This document shows positions 30,762 through 41,112 of a DNA stretch of 64,000 bases, piece by piece. Source of the DNA: Muribaculaceae bacterium (GTDB lineage Bacteria; Bacteroidota; Bacteroidia; Bacteroidales; Muribaculaceae). The notes beneath the pieces are model-generated. The model saw only the letters and a list, made by a program, of their open reading frames with translations. It ran no database searches and had not been told where the DNA came from. Within the stretch, counting starts at the first letter, position 1, and every line of letters begins with the position of its first letter. Made by a program: the position numbers and the translations under genes. The DNA lies in the NCBI GenBank assembly GCA_017629835.1, contig JAGBWK010000005.1, forward strand, positions 9,384-73,383, written 5' to 3'.

Positions 30762-31454
30762 ATGACGACAACCCCAAAGGACTCGCAAATCAAGTCGAAG
30801 CAGCGAGTTGCTGAGCGCGGCGAAGTGTTTACAGCCGAGCGTGAGGTCAATGCAATGCTCGACCTCGTTGCCAACGAATGTTTACGCCCCGATTCGCGAT
30901 TTCTTGAGCCGGCTTGTGGCGACGGCAATTTCCTTGCGGCTATTCTAAAGCGCAAGCTCGCCGAACTGCGCAGAAAATACAAAAAGAGCGCTCATGACTA
31001 TGAAAAACAAGCTATCGTAGCTATCGGTAGCCTCTATGGCGTGGATATAATGAACGACAACGTTGAAGCCTGTCGTCAGCGCCTGTACGCCATTTGGGAT
31101 GAAGAATACACCGCCCATTGCAAAACTGAAGCATCCGACGAAACTCGTCAAGCAGTCAAGTTCATCATCGCACGAAACATTATCAATGGCAATGCACTGA
31201 CGCTAATGTGTGTCGACTCCGAGGGGAACGACATCGATGCACCTATTGTCTTTTCGGAATGGACTCTCATCAGCGGCTGCCAAATGCAACGCTCCGACTA
31301 CACTATGGCTGACTTGCTATTGCACAACGACAGAACTCAATCCGACGGTATGAACAGCCTGTTCGCTCTCACCGAAGATGAGAAAGAGGAGGGTGGAATA
31401 TTCCTTCGACGATACATCACTCACTACAAAAAAGTTCAAGACTATGGCGACTAA
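30762..31454 (+). CDS. Short methyltransferase-like protein (SAM-binding half) of RM-like system
   Basis: [16 protein letters not shown], motif [19 protein letters not shown]; no NPPY/DPPY motif. Confidence 0.8.
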   Translation: MTTTPKDSQIKSKQRVAERGEVFTAEREVNAMLDLVANECLRPDSRFLEPACGDGNFLAAILKRKLAELRRKYKKSAHDYEKQAIVAIGSLYGVDIMNDNVEACRQRLYAIWDEEYTAHCKTEASDETRQAVKFIIARNIINGNALTLMCVDSEGNDIDAPIVFSEWTLISGCQMQRSDYTMADLLLHNDRTQSDGMNSLFALTEDEKEEGGIFLRRYITHYKKVQDYGD

Positions 31455-32991
31455 CGATTTATTTAAGCAGGTATATAATCCCGACGTACTCTCCTGCATA
31501 GCCAATCTGAGCAGCGATGAGGTGTTTACACCACCTGAATTGGCAAACAAAATCATCGACCTATTGCCACAAGAACTGTTTGAGAATCCCGATACAACAT
31601 TTCTCGACCCTTGCTGCAAGAGTGGGGTATTTCTTCGTGAAATAGCAAAGCGTCTTATCCGTGGGCTTGAGCGTCAGATTCCCGACCTTGAAAAGCGCCT
31701 TGAGCATATATTCAGCAAACAGCTTTTCGGCATCGCAATAACCGAACTCACAGGAATGCTAACGCGACGCAGCGTCTATTGTTGCAAACACCCTAACGGA
31801 GAGCTTTCGGTTTATCAATTCCCCGAAGATAAGCCACAAGGGAACGTAATCTACCAACGCATATCGCACACGTGGCAAAATCGCAAATGCGTCTATTGTG
31901 GCGCATCACAAAGCGAATATGACCGCGGCAACGAACTCGAGCAATATGCTTATCAATTTATTCACAACTTAGATGTAGAGAAACTATTCAATATGAAATT
32001 CGACGTAATAATTGGCAACCCACCTTATCAACTGAGTGACGGCGGAGCTCAAGCAAGCGCAATTCCTATATATAATAAATTCGTGGTAAATGCAAAGAAA
32101 CTATTTCCCAACTATATAGTAATGATTACTCCATCAAGATGGTTTAGTGGAGGTAGGGGACTTGATAAATTTAGAAAAGAAATGCTAAATGATACGCATT
32201 TGAAAATAATTCACGATTTTCCAGATGCATCAGAATGTTTCCCTGGAGTTGAAATTAAAGGTGGTGTTAGTTATTTTTTATGGGACAAATCACATCAAGG
32301 AATGTGTGACGTGCATACCCATTCTAAGGGAGAAATAGTATCATCTACCACAAGACCATTATTAGAAAAAGGTTTAGAATTTTTCATAAGATATAATGAA
32401 TTGATTTCAATCTATAGAAAAGTTTCAGGAGAAAGACCTTTTTCAAATATAGTTTCATCAATGAAGCCATACGGATTAAGGGGAGATTTCTTTAGTAATC
32501 CTTCAAAATATGGTTTACCCCAAGTGAGCGAAGAAGCAATTAAAAATGGATATAAAATTCATGGATTAGACGCTCAACTTAAAAGAACAATAAGACATAT
32601 TCCTAATACGTATCCGCTCCCCAATAAAGAACTTTTAGACGGTTATAAGATGTTTATGCCGCGAAACCAAGGGTCTGGTCAACTTGGAGAAGTATTCTCG
32701 TTGCCGATTTTCGCAGCTCCAGATGAATTATGCACTGAAACATTTATTGTAATTGGTCCTTTTAAGACAGAGAAAGAAATGTATAACTGCTTTTCTTACA
32801 TAAAGACTAAGTTCTTTCGTGCTTTAATAGGGATTAAAAAAATTGACCAAGGAATGTCAAAAGGTGTTTATCAGTGTGTTCCCATGCAAGACTTCTCCAA
32901 ACCTTGGACAGATGAAGAACTCTACGCAAAATACGGTTTAACCGACGAAGAAATAGCCTTTATTGAATCGATGATTCGACCAATGGAATAA
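31444..32991 (+). CDS. Eco57I-like N6-adenine DNA methyltransferase
   Basis: [37 protein letters not shown]; start MATNDLF at 31444 overlaps upstream stop. Confidence 0.88.
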   Translation: MATNDLFKQVYNPDVLSCIANLSSDEVFTPPELANKIIDLLPQELFENPDTTFLDPCCKSGVFLREIAKRLIRGLERQIPDLEKRLEHIFSKQLFGIAITELTGMLTRRSVYCCKHPNGELSVYQFPEDKPQGNVIYQRISHTWQNRKCVYCGASQSEYDRGNELEQYAYQFIHNLDVEKLFNMKFDVIIGNPPYQLSDGGAQASAIPIYNKFVVNAKKLFPNYIVMITPSRWFSGGRGLDKFRKEMLNDTHLKIIHDFPDASECFPGVEIKGGVSYFLWDKSHQGMCDVHTHSKGEIVSSTTRPLLEKGLEFFIRYNELISIYRKVSGERPFSNIVSSMKPYGLRGDFFSNPSKYGLPQVSEEAIKNGYKIHGLDAQLKRTIRHIPNTYPLPNKELLDGYKMFMPRNQGSGQLGEVFSLPIFAAPDELCTETFIVIGPFKTEKEMYNCFSYIKTKFFRALIGIKKIDQGMSKGVYQCVPMQDFSKPWTDEELYAKYGLTDEEIAFIESMIRPME

Positions 32992-33002
32992 TGTAATGCG
33001 CT

Positions 33003-35822
33003 ATGAACCACAAGTTTTTCCCTCAGCGTCCGAACGTAACGCCAACTATTTACGTCTATAAGCTAATCGGCGTAACCACTCACGAAGGTTATCTGAAAAT
33101 TGGCTACACCGACCGCACTGCAAAAGTTCGTATTGATGAGCAAACCCGCACTGCCAACCTCAAATACGAAATATTGTACACCGACTCGGCGATGAAATCC
33201 GACGGCTCTTGCTTTACCGACAAAGATGTTCATAATCTGCTTGAGCGTCGCGGATTTATGCGCCTTAACCCCGAAGACAAAACCTGCGAGTGGTTCAAAT
33301 GCAATCTCAACGATATAAAAGCAGCAATCGTAGCGCTGCAATCGGGCAATCGTAACATTGAAAATCGAACGGAAACGTTCGGTATGCGACCAGAGCAATA
33401 TAATGCAGTAAAGCAGACCTATAACTACTTCAAAGAAGCATCACTCGATGATCCTGACCGCACGCCTAAATTTCTCTGGAATGCAAAAATGCGCTTCGGA
33501 AAAACGTTTGCCTCGTATCAGTTGGCAAAGAAGATGAAACTCACGCGTGTGCTTGTGCTGACATTCAAGCCCGCAGTTGAATCGGCGTGGCGCGACGACC
33601 TGCTGACGCACGTCGATTTTGAGGGGTGGCAATATATCTCAAACAAGGATGCGCTGAACAACAATCTCAATATCGATCAGGAGTTTGAACGAGCCGATAA
33701 GAGCCGACCAATCGTAGTGTTTGGCTCGTTTCAAGACCTTTTAGGTACAAACGAAAGTGGCGGTATCAAACCGAAAAATGAGTTTATTCACGCCACAAAT
33801 TGGGACTTGGTAATATTCGATGAATACCACTTCGGAGCATGGAAGCAGCGAGCCAAAGACCTTTTTGCAAAAGAAGATGAAGAGTCGGCCGTTGAATTCG
33901 ATGCCGAAAAATATAAAGATGAGGAAGCTAACAATGCAATCAACGAAACTTGGCTTCCTATCACTACAAAGTATTATCTTTTCCTCTCTGGAACGCCATT
34001 CAGAGCTATCAACAATGGCGAATTCATCGAGGAACAGATATTCAACTGGACATACTCCGACGAACAGCGAGCAAAAGCCGAATGGAAAGGGAGCGGAAAT
34101 CCTTATCTTGCTTTGCCACGAATGGTTATGCTTACCTATCGAATGCCCGACGACGTGCAAGAGGTAGCAAAACAGGGCGAATTTAATGAGTTCGACCTCA
34201 ACCTATTCTTTGCTGCAGAAGGTAAAGGAGAAAATGCACGATTCAAATATGAAAATGAGGTGCAAAAATGGTTGGATCTAATTCGTGGCAACTATCTGCC
34301 TGCAAGCATCGACGATTTGAAACTTGGCCACGACAAACGTCCACCGATGCCATTTAGCGACACGCGATTGCTCAACGTGCTCTCGCATACTCTATGGTTT
34401 CTACCCAACGTAGCATCATGCTTTGCAATGGCAAACCTGCTCAAGCAGAAACAAAACAGATTCTATCACGACTATCGTGTGATTGTATGCGCAGGCACAA
34501 AGGCAGGCATAGGTCTTGCAGCATTGCATCCTGTTCAAGCCAATATGGGCGACCCACTGACTACCAAAACAATAACGCTCACTTGCGGCAAACTGACAAC
34601 TGGCGTCACGGTAAAACCGTGGACCGGCATTTTTATGCTTCGCAATCTGAAAAGCCCCGAAACATATTTCCAAGCTGCATTCCGAGTGCAAAGCCCATGG
34701 GAAGTGAAAAACGAGGAGGGCAAAAAGACGATTATGAAACACGAATGCTACGTGTTCGACTTTGCAATCGACCGCGCACTGCGCCAAATTTCGGACTATA
34801 GTTGCCGTTTGGATATCAACGAAAGCAATCCCGAAGCTAAAGTAGGAGAATTTATCAAATTTTTGCCTGTGTTAGCTTTCGACGGTAGCAGTATGAACGA
34901 GGTTAATGCTCAAGCTATTCTCGACATTGCCCTTGCTGGAACATCGGCTACACTGTTAGCAAAACGCTGGGAGTCAGCCCTATTGGTGAACGTTGATAAT
35001 GACACACTTAAACGCTTGTTGGCAAGCCCAGAAGCAATGAAAGCGCTGATGAACATCGAGGGATTCCGCAACCTAAACAACGACATCACAACCATTATCA
35101 ACAAATCAGAGGCCGTTAAGAAAGCTAAGAAAGAGAACTCCAACAAATCAGAAAAAGAAAGAAAGGAATTAACAGCCGAAGAAAAGGAGATGAAGAGCAA
35201 GCGCAAAGAAATACAAGAGAAATTGATAAAATTTGCCGCTCGAATACCTGTGTTTATGTACCTGACCGACTATCGCGAACGTTGTTTGGAGGATGTTATC
35301 ACTCAATTGGAGCCAGGATTGTTCAAAATGGTCACTGGATTGAGCGTAGAGGATTTCAGTATGCTCAACACGTTAGGATTGTTTAATTCCAGCCTGATGA
35401 ACGATGCAATCTTCAAGTTCAAACGCTACGAAGACACAAGCCTAACCTACACAGGCATTAACAAGCATACGAGCAATGAAATTGGTGGCTGGGATACGAC
35501 TATCCGCAAAGAGCAATACGAAAAGATATTCTACAACCAGCCTTCAGCAATTTCAGAGAACATCAATAGCGCAAACTCTGCTTATTCATCGAGCGAGCAG
35601 GGTAGTGGAGACTCTCCGACTACTCAACTTCCAACCGACGATGTAGAAAACACGTACAGCGATGTAGAAGCAGGATGCAATGTGCATCACGATAAATTTG
35701 GCAGTGGTACAATCACAAAAATCGACCGGGAGAATAACTACGTTTACGTCAAGTTTTTTATTGGCGAGAAGAAATTCAATTTCCCCGATTCTTTCCAAAG
35801 AGGCTTCCTAAAGCTCGATTAA
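33003..35822 (+). CDS. GIY-YIG (T5orf172-like) nuclease fused to SF2 helicase/ResIII-like ATPase
   Basis: IYVY...LKIGYT.R...EWF nuclease pattern; NAKMRFGKT Walker A variant, IFDEYH, LSGTP, YFQAAFRVQ. Confidence 0.85.
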   Translation: MNHKFFPQRPNVTPTIYVYKLIGVTTHEGYLKIGYTDRTAKVRIDEQTRTANLKYEILYTDSAMKSDGSCFTDKDVHNLLERRGFMRLNPEDKTCEWFKCNLNDIKAAIVALQSGNRNIENRTETFGMRPEQYNAVKQTYNYFKEASLDDPDRTPKFLWNAKMRFGKTFASYQLAKKMKLTRVLVLTFKPAVESAWRDDLLTHVDFEGWQYISNKDALNNNLNIDQEFERADKSRPIVVFGSFQDLLGTNESGGIKPKNEFIHATNWDLVIFDEYHFGAWKQRAKDLFAKEDEESAVEFDAEKYKDEEANNAINETWLPITTKYYLFLSGTPFRAINNGEFIEEQIFNWTYSDEQRAKAEWKGSGNPYLALPRMVMLTYRMPDDVQEVAKQGEFNEFDLNLFFAAEGKGENARFKYENEVQKWLDLIRGNYLPASIDDLKLGHDKRPPMPFSDTRLLNVLSHTLWFLPNVASCFAMANLLKQKQNRFYHDYRVIVCAGTKAGIGLAALHPVQANMGDPLTTKTITLTCGKLTTGVTVKPWTGIFMLRNLKSPETYFQAAFRVQSPWEVKNEEGKKTIMKHECYVFDFAIDRALRQISDYSCRLDINESNPEAKVGEFIKFLPVLAFDGSSMNEVNAQAILDIALAGTSATLLAKRWESALLVNVDNDTLKRLLASPEAMKALMNIEGFRNLNNDITTIINKSEAVKKAKKENSNKSEKERKELTAEEKEMKSKRKEIQEKLIKFAARIPVFMYLTDYRERCLEDVITQLEPGLFKMVTGLSVEDFSMLNTLGLFNSSLMNDAIFKFKRYEDTSLTYTGINKHTSNEIGGWDTTIRKEQYEKIFYNQPSAISENINSANSAYSSSEQGSGDSPTTQLPTDDVENTYSDVEAGCNVHHDKFGSGTITKIDRENNYVYVKFFIGEKKFNFPDSFQRGFLKLD

Positions 35823-35959
35823 CGTTATTCTGCTAAATCATAGCGGTTTATCAGTCGTTGCGAGCTATTAAAAGCATCGATGATGTTGAATTTTGGGGTG
35901 CAAAGTTTGAGTTTTGGTGGAGATTGCGTAAATTTGTGCCTTAAATTCATTATTGTAAT

Positions 35960-38149
35960 ATGTCAGACCTCCGATTTAAAGTAGTGGAAGAGGCTTTCGA
36001 CCGCAAAGCCGTACACGTCGACATCCCCAACGAGCGTCCCGAAGCCTATTATGGCAAGTATGTGTTCAATCGCCAAAAGATGTTTGAATACCTACCTAAG
36101 CAAACCTACGACGCATTGGTCAATGCTATTGACAACAAAGAGCCGCTATCGCGCGAAATAGCCGACAGCGTGGCTCAAGGTATGAAAAAATGGGCTATCG
36201 ACAATGGTGCTCGCCACTATACTCACTGGTTTCATCCGCTAACCGACGGCACTGCCGAAAAGCACGACGCCTTCATCGACCACGACGGTAAGGGTGGGGT
36301 AGTAGAAACTTTTACTGGCAAGCTGCTCGTCCAACAGGAGCCTGACGCATCAAGCTTCCCCAATGGGGGTATTCGCAACACGTTCGAAGCTCGCGGCTAC
36401 TCGGCTTGGGACATCTCTTCGCCTGCATTTATTCTCGACAAAACCCTTTGTATTCCAACGATATTTATCTCATACACAGGGGAATCGCTCGATTATAAAA
36501 CTCCACTGCTTCGCTCAATCAATGCTGTCGATAAGGCTGCAACTGCCGTGGCTCGCTATTTCGACCCGACGGTTAAGCATGTAAACAGCTTCCTTGGCTG
36601 GGAACAGGAGTATTTCCTCGTTGACGAGGCGCTCTATTCAGCCCGTCCCGACTTGGTAATGACCGGTCGCACTCTTATGGGTCACGAAAGTGCTAAAAAT
36701 CAGCAGCTTGAAGACCATTATTTCGGTGCAATTCCGTCGCGAGTTGAAGCATTTATGCTCGACCTCGAAATCGAATGTCACAAGCTCGGCATCCCTGCAA
36801 AGACGCGTCATAACGAGGTGGCACCCAACCAGTTTGAGTTGGCTCCAATCTATGAGGAAACCAACCTCGCCAACGACCACAACCTACTGCTGATGTCAAT
36901 AATGTCGGAAGTAGCACGTCGCCACAATTTCCGCGTGCTCCTTCACGAAAAGCCATTTGCAGGCATCAACGGCTCAGGTAAGCACAACAACTGGAGCCTC
37001 GGCACTGACACAGGCGTTGCGCTCTTCTCTCCGGGCAAAACACCAATGCAAAACCTGCAATTCATCACCTTTGTAGTCAATGCAATGGCTGCCGTCTATC
37101 GCCATAATGGGCTGTTAAAAGCCTCTATCTCGTCGGCAACGAATGCTCACCGTCTTGGCGCAAACGAAGCTCCTCCTGCTATCATTTCAATCTTTACTGG
37201 CACATACCTCGCCAACATTCTCAACAAGATTGAGAAAAGCGATTCAGCCGACATTCTCGATTTCTCAACCAAAGAGGGTATGTCGCTCGGATTGTCGCAG
37301 ATTCCAGAGATTCTTGTCGACAACACCGACCGCAACCGTACATCGCCATTTGCATTCACCGGCAACCGCTTCGAATTCCGCGCCGTAGGCTCGTCAGCCA
37401 ACTGCGCATCGGCAATGTTAGCCCTCAATGCGGCTGTAGCCGACGAACTCAACTCATTCAAAGCCAAAATTGATGCTCGCTTAGCAAAAGGGGAGGACCT
37501 TACCAACGCTCTCTTCAACGAAATTCGTGCACTTATCATCGAAACTAAGCCTATCCACTTCGACGGCAATGGTTATAGCGACGAATGGCGTCAAGAAGCT
37601 GAAGCTCGCGGACTCGACTGCGAGACTTGCGTGCCTAAAATCTTCGATGCTTATCTTCTCAACTCGTCAATTGAGATGTTTAAGCGCACTGGCGTACTGT
37701 CGGAGGTTGAACTCGAAGCCCGTAACGAGGTAAAATGGGAGATGTACACCAAGAAAATACAGATTGAAGCACGTGTGCTGGGCGATCTTGCAATGAATCA
37801 CATTGTGCCGGTAGCCACTCGCTATCAGTCGTTCTTAGTCGACAACTTGGTTAAAATCAAGTCATTATTCCCCGAAGAAAAGTTTGCACAGTTTGTAGAA
37901 CAAGACCTTGGCAACATCGAAAAGATTGCAGGGCACATGTCGACAATCAAACGCGAGGTTGAAAATATGGTCGAAGAGCGCCGACTCGCCAATCAAATTG
38001 AATCAGAACGAGAAAAAGCTATTGCGTACCACGACAACGTGGTGCCACGCATGGAAACAATCCGCTACCACATGGACAAACTCGAACTGATGATTGACAA
38101 CGAAATGTGGCCCTTGCCCAAATATCGCGAACTCCTCTTCATACGATAA
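35960..38149 (+). CDS. glnA: Glutamine synthetase type III
   Basis: HYTHWFHPL, EPDASSFPNGG, HNEVAPNQFE, NGSGKHNNWS, RNRTSPFAFTGNRFEFR. Confidence 0.95.
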   Translation: MSDLRFKVVEEAFDRKAVHVDIPNERPEAYYGKYVFNRQKMFEYLPKQTYDALVNAIDNKEPLSREIADSVAQGMKKWAIDNGARHYTHWFHPLTDGTAEKHDAFIDHDGKGGVVETFTGKLLVQQEPDASSFPNGGIRNTFEARGYSAWDISSPAFILDKTLCIPTIFISYTGESLDYKTPLLRSINAVDKAATAVARYFDPTVKHVNSFLGWEQEYFLVDEALYSARPDLVMTGRTLMGHESAKNQQLEDHYFGAIPSRVEAFMLDLEIECHKLGIPAKTRHNEVAPNQFELAPIYEETNLANDHNLLLMSIMSEVARRHNFRVLLHEKPFAGINGSGKHNNWSLGTDTGVALFSPGKTPMQNLQFITFVVNAMAAVYRHNGLLKASISSATNAHRLGANEAPPAIISIFTGTYLANILNKIEKSDSADILDFSTKEGMSLGLSQIPEILVDNTDRNRTSPFAFTGNRFEFRAVGSSANCASAMLALNAAVADELNSFKAKIDARLAKGEDLTNALFNEIRALIIETKPIHFDGNGYSDEWRQEAEARGLDCETCVPKIFDAYLLNSSIEMFKRTGVLSEVELEARNEVKWEMYTKKIQIEARVLGDLAMNHIVPVATRYQSFLVDNLVKIKSLFPEEKFAQFVEQDLGNIEKIAGHMSTIKREVENMVEERRLANQIESEREKAIAYHDNVVPRMETIRYHMDKLELMIDNEMWPLPKYRELLFIR

Positions 38150-38201
38150 CGCTCGAATTATATCGGCAACCGCCCGCCATTTAGCATATCATTATAATGC
38201 A

Positions 38202-38241
38202 AGCACTCCGAAGCTCAACCGCCTCGGAGTGCTGCTATTTT
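38202..38241. terminator. Terminator between convergent glnA and T9SS cargo gene
   Basis: AGCACTCCGA / TCGGAGTGCT stem followed by TATTTT. Confidence 0.7.
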
Positions 38242-38294
38242 GTTAATGCTTTTATTTTCTGATCTGATTCGGATTCGGCAAATAGAGAGTGTGG

Positions 38295-39662
38295 CTAAAG
38301 TACGAGCCTAATAGGTTTGGCTGAAGTGCGGTTAATGATGTAAATCCCTGTTGGGATTGCACTCAAATCGAGTTCAGAAACGTTGCGATACGATGCTACA
38401 CGCGTTCCTATTACGTTATAAACCTCAACCACTGACTGAACGTCAGTAAATATAATGCGCTTGTTATCAATACGATAGTCAACGTCTGCCAAATCATTAA
38501 TAATACTCTCTGAGTTTGTTGTCTTCGAGCTCATATTCAACTGATAAAGTGCAAAATAATAGCCTGGCATAAGCACTGCAATATGTTGAACTTTTTCATT
38601 GTTACCCAAAGTAACACTTGCCGATAGTTGTGGGTAAGTATCATAAATCATCATTGCCTCATCGCTAATCGATGCTAAAGCTGTTAGCGACTGGCTTGTT
38701 TCCGGGTCAAACGATAATGTTGTAATCGATTTTTCAGGCGCTTGTGCCGGCGCTGCTTCTGTCCACTTGCCAATACGGAATTCATACGTAGAAGTTTTCA
38801 GATTGCATGCACCATAAACCACAAAGTTCTGTCCATTATAATCAAATGTATTGAGCCCATAGCAGCCTTCGATCAAATCACCACCCAGGGCACAAATCTC
38901 AGTGCTTGACGTAGCACTAAACTGCCAGATTTTGTGGTAGTTAGCGTTATCAGCATAGTCTACATACCCATCGCCTAATGCTTTAGCAACGCCTAACTTC
39001 TTTACTTGATAATTTGTACCAATATTTCTAAGTCTTGTTGTTGTAACAGAACCGTCCTCAAACACTATATATTCGAGAGCTTGCTGCTTGCTTGACTCAT
39101 TCGACACCGGCATAAACAATTCGAAATTACCATTTGTAAGGTCACCTGAAGCTGATGGATACCCCCAATGCGTGTAATTATGAAAACCAGTTAACGACGC
39201 TTTGTATTCCTTCTTGACATTACCAGTCTCTTTATCAATGTTATAGATTATTACTTCTCGACTTTTATTTTTAATTATATATGAAAAGCAGACTGTCAAT
39301 TCCTGCGTTGCATCATCTAACAAAATGAATGGAACTCCATACAGATTATAATCCGAGAGTGTAAAGGATAGGGTAGATGCTGGAGTGCCGTCAGCTACGT
39401 TGTAACGAGCAATATCGAAAGTCAAATACTCTTCATAACTCTGATTATCAGCAAAATAAACATATTTATCATCGATAGCAACAGAATTAGGGTAACTAAA
39501 GTCAGAACTACCAGCCGAATTAAATTGCACTAACTTATGAAGATAATATGTCTGATTATTATGATCAAACGATGTTTGTGCACGTGATAATAGGGGAGAA
39601 CAAACTATCAGAACAGCAAAAAATAACAGCTTATAAAATCTTGAAGTAAAACTACTTATCAT
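38295..39662 (-). CDS. Secreted hypothetical protein with T9SS type A sorting domain
   Basis: Signal peptide; C terminus VEVYNVIGTRV...LDLSAIPTGIYII resembles T9SS CTD; beta-rich body. Confidence 0.7.
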   Translation of the reverse strand: MISSFTSRFYKLLFFAVLIVCSPLLSRAQTSFDHNNQTYYLHKLVQFNSAGSSDFSYPNSVAIDDKYVYFADNQSYEEYLTFDIARYNVADGTPASTLSFTLSDYNLYGVPFILLDDATQELTVCFSYIIKNKSREVIIYNIDKETGNVKKEYKASLTGFHNYTHWGYPSASGDLTNGNFELFMPVSNESSKQQALEYIVFEDGSVTTTRLRNIGTNYQVKKLGVAKALGDGYVDYADNANYHKIWQFSATSSTEICALGGDLIEGCYGLNTFDYNGQNFVVYGACNLKTSTYEFRIGKWTEAAPAQAPEKSITTLSFDPETSQSLTALASISDEAMMIYDTYPQLSASVTLGNNEKVQHIAVLMPGYYFALYQLNMSSKTTNSESIINDLADVDYRIDNKRIIFTDVQSVVEVYNVIGTRVASYRNVSELDLSAIPTGIYIINRTSAKPIRLVL

Positions 39663-40086
39663 ATTATTAATAGCTTAGAATTTGTACAAATGAAATCTCA
39701 TTTTAATTAAACTAATCGATAGAATATTGCCAACGAACGTCTTTTATAATAATCAATAAATCAGATATTCTCGCAATATTCTAACTAATTGATTACAAAC
39801 TTACAGAATTATTCGATAACATACAAGCAAACGATTCCTTTTGTGAAAATTTCACACTCTAAGAAAATAAAAACATCGAGATTAAAATTTATATATAAAT
39901 ATTATTTAGGGATAGTGAGAAAATGAGAAAAATGAGTTAGAACATTATACATCAGCAATTTAGATATTTATAATATAATGAGAACGATTGCGAATGGTTG
40001 AGAATTGCCAAGCTGAAAGAAATAGGGGGCTGATTTAGAGGACTGATTTTCCCAAAATCGATGAATTTCATGATATTTATTCATTT

Positions 40087-40114
40087 GTTTTACATAATAT
40101 AGATTATGTTAGTT
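40087..40114 (+). other. dif-like XerCD recombination site
   Basis: GTTTTACATAA-TATAGA-TTATGTTAGTT versus E. coli dif GGTGCGCATAA-TGTATA-TTATGTTAAAT; 11-6-11 layout in an AT-rich gap. Confidence 0.75.
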
Positions 40115-40274
40115 TTATTATCATATTATATTGAGATTGAGATGTAATTGAATATATCATTTCAGAACTATTCTTTGTCGTCTATAATTACGTATTTTGA
40201 ACCTTATTTCAATTTTATTCTCAAATACGGAATCTCGGCATGATTAACTTCATCACAAATTGTAATGTTGATGC

Positions 40275-40450
40275 TCGATAACCTCGTGAGAATTTCAAAA
40301 TTGTTGAAGTAATGAGATTTTTTCTATTTGGTCTGAATCATATAACATCGATATTTCAAAACAATGTTTTACTATATCTCTGTAGAACAATAGTTTAATA
40401 GAGAAATTAATGCGATTTTGCCTTCGATAACTCGCTGAGAATTTAAAATT
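40275..40450 (+). repeat. Pair of imperfect 27-28 bp direct repeats
   Basis: TCGATAACCTCGTGAGAATTTCAAAATT (40275) and TCGATAACTCGCTGAGAATTTAAAATT (40424). Confidence 0.7.
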
Positions 40451-41112
40451 CAATCAAAACTGGTGTAATACACACAAAATTTAAAGTATGAATGGGATAT
40501 TGATAAAATTCCGGAGTTTTGATCGAATTTCGGACTAAATACAGGTTTTCGTCATTTTTGAAGCTATAAACTGTGTTTACAAATTAGAATATAGTCAAAT
40601 TTTATTTTGTAAATAAATTTGCAAACTCATATAAAATCGCAAATTTTGTTATCGTAAATTCAAATTTACATCCCTTAATCGTTAAAAATTTACTTTTAAT
40701 TCGCCGATTTTTCTGATATTAAATTTTGCGTATTAACAAAATCAATCTGTTCTCAAAGGTCAATTTTGGCGATTTAACACATATTTACAATCCGCATAAC
40801 TGCTTGACTTTCATACTAATTATCTAATTTTTCTATAGTTTTTCTTCAGCATTTACACTACCCGACGCTTTATGTCGCCATTTTACAGCTAATATCCCGA
40901 GTTAATCACCTATAAATCATACATAATAGTAAATATACTTATACCAATACTCTAATTACCAACCATAGCTCTACCCTACTTTGTGCTTCGATTCTCATAA
41001 ACTATGGCGAATTACTGATTAACTCTGTAAATATTATTAACAAAATAAAATTTGCAAATTCCAATTTTATTAATTACATTTGCATACTCAAAATTTTACA
41101 AATCAAAACGAC

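Noticed and set aside
30626-30814. 62-aa ORF as an RM controller protein
   Set aside because: No HTH pattern; runs through the terminator and overlaps the methyltransferase-like gene out of frame
28714-35900. Tn7-like insertion at the glmS 3' end carrying the amylase and RM-like genes
   Set aside because: No tns genes, recognisable Tn7 ends or target duplication; only position suggests it
40275-40450. CRISPR array
   Set aside because: Only two imperfect repeats, a spacer of about 120 nt and no cas genes
39663-41112. Replication origin in the long AT-rich gap
   Set aside because: No canonical TTATCCACA cluster or dnaA nearby; the dif-like site is a better explanation
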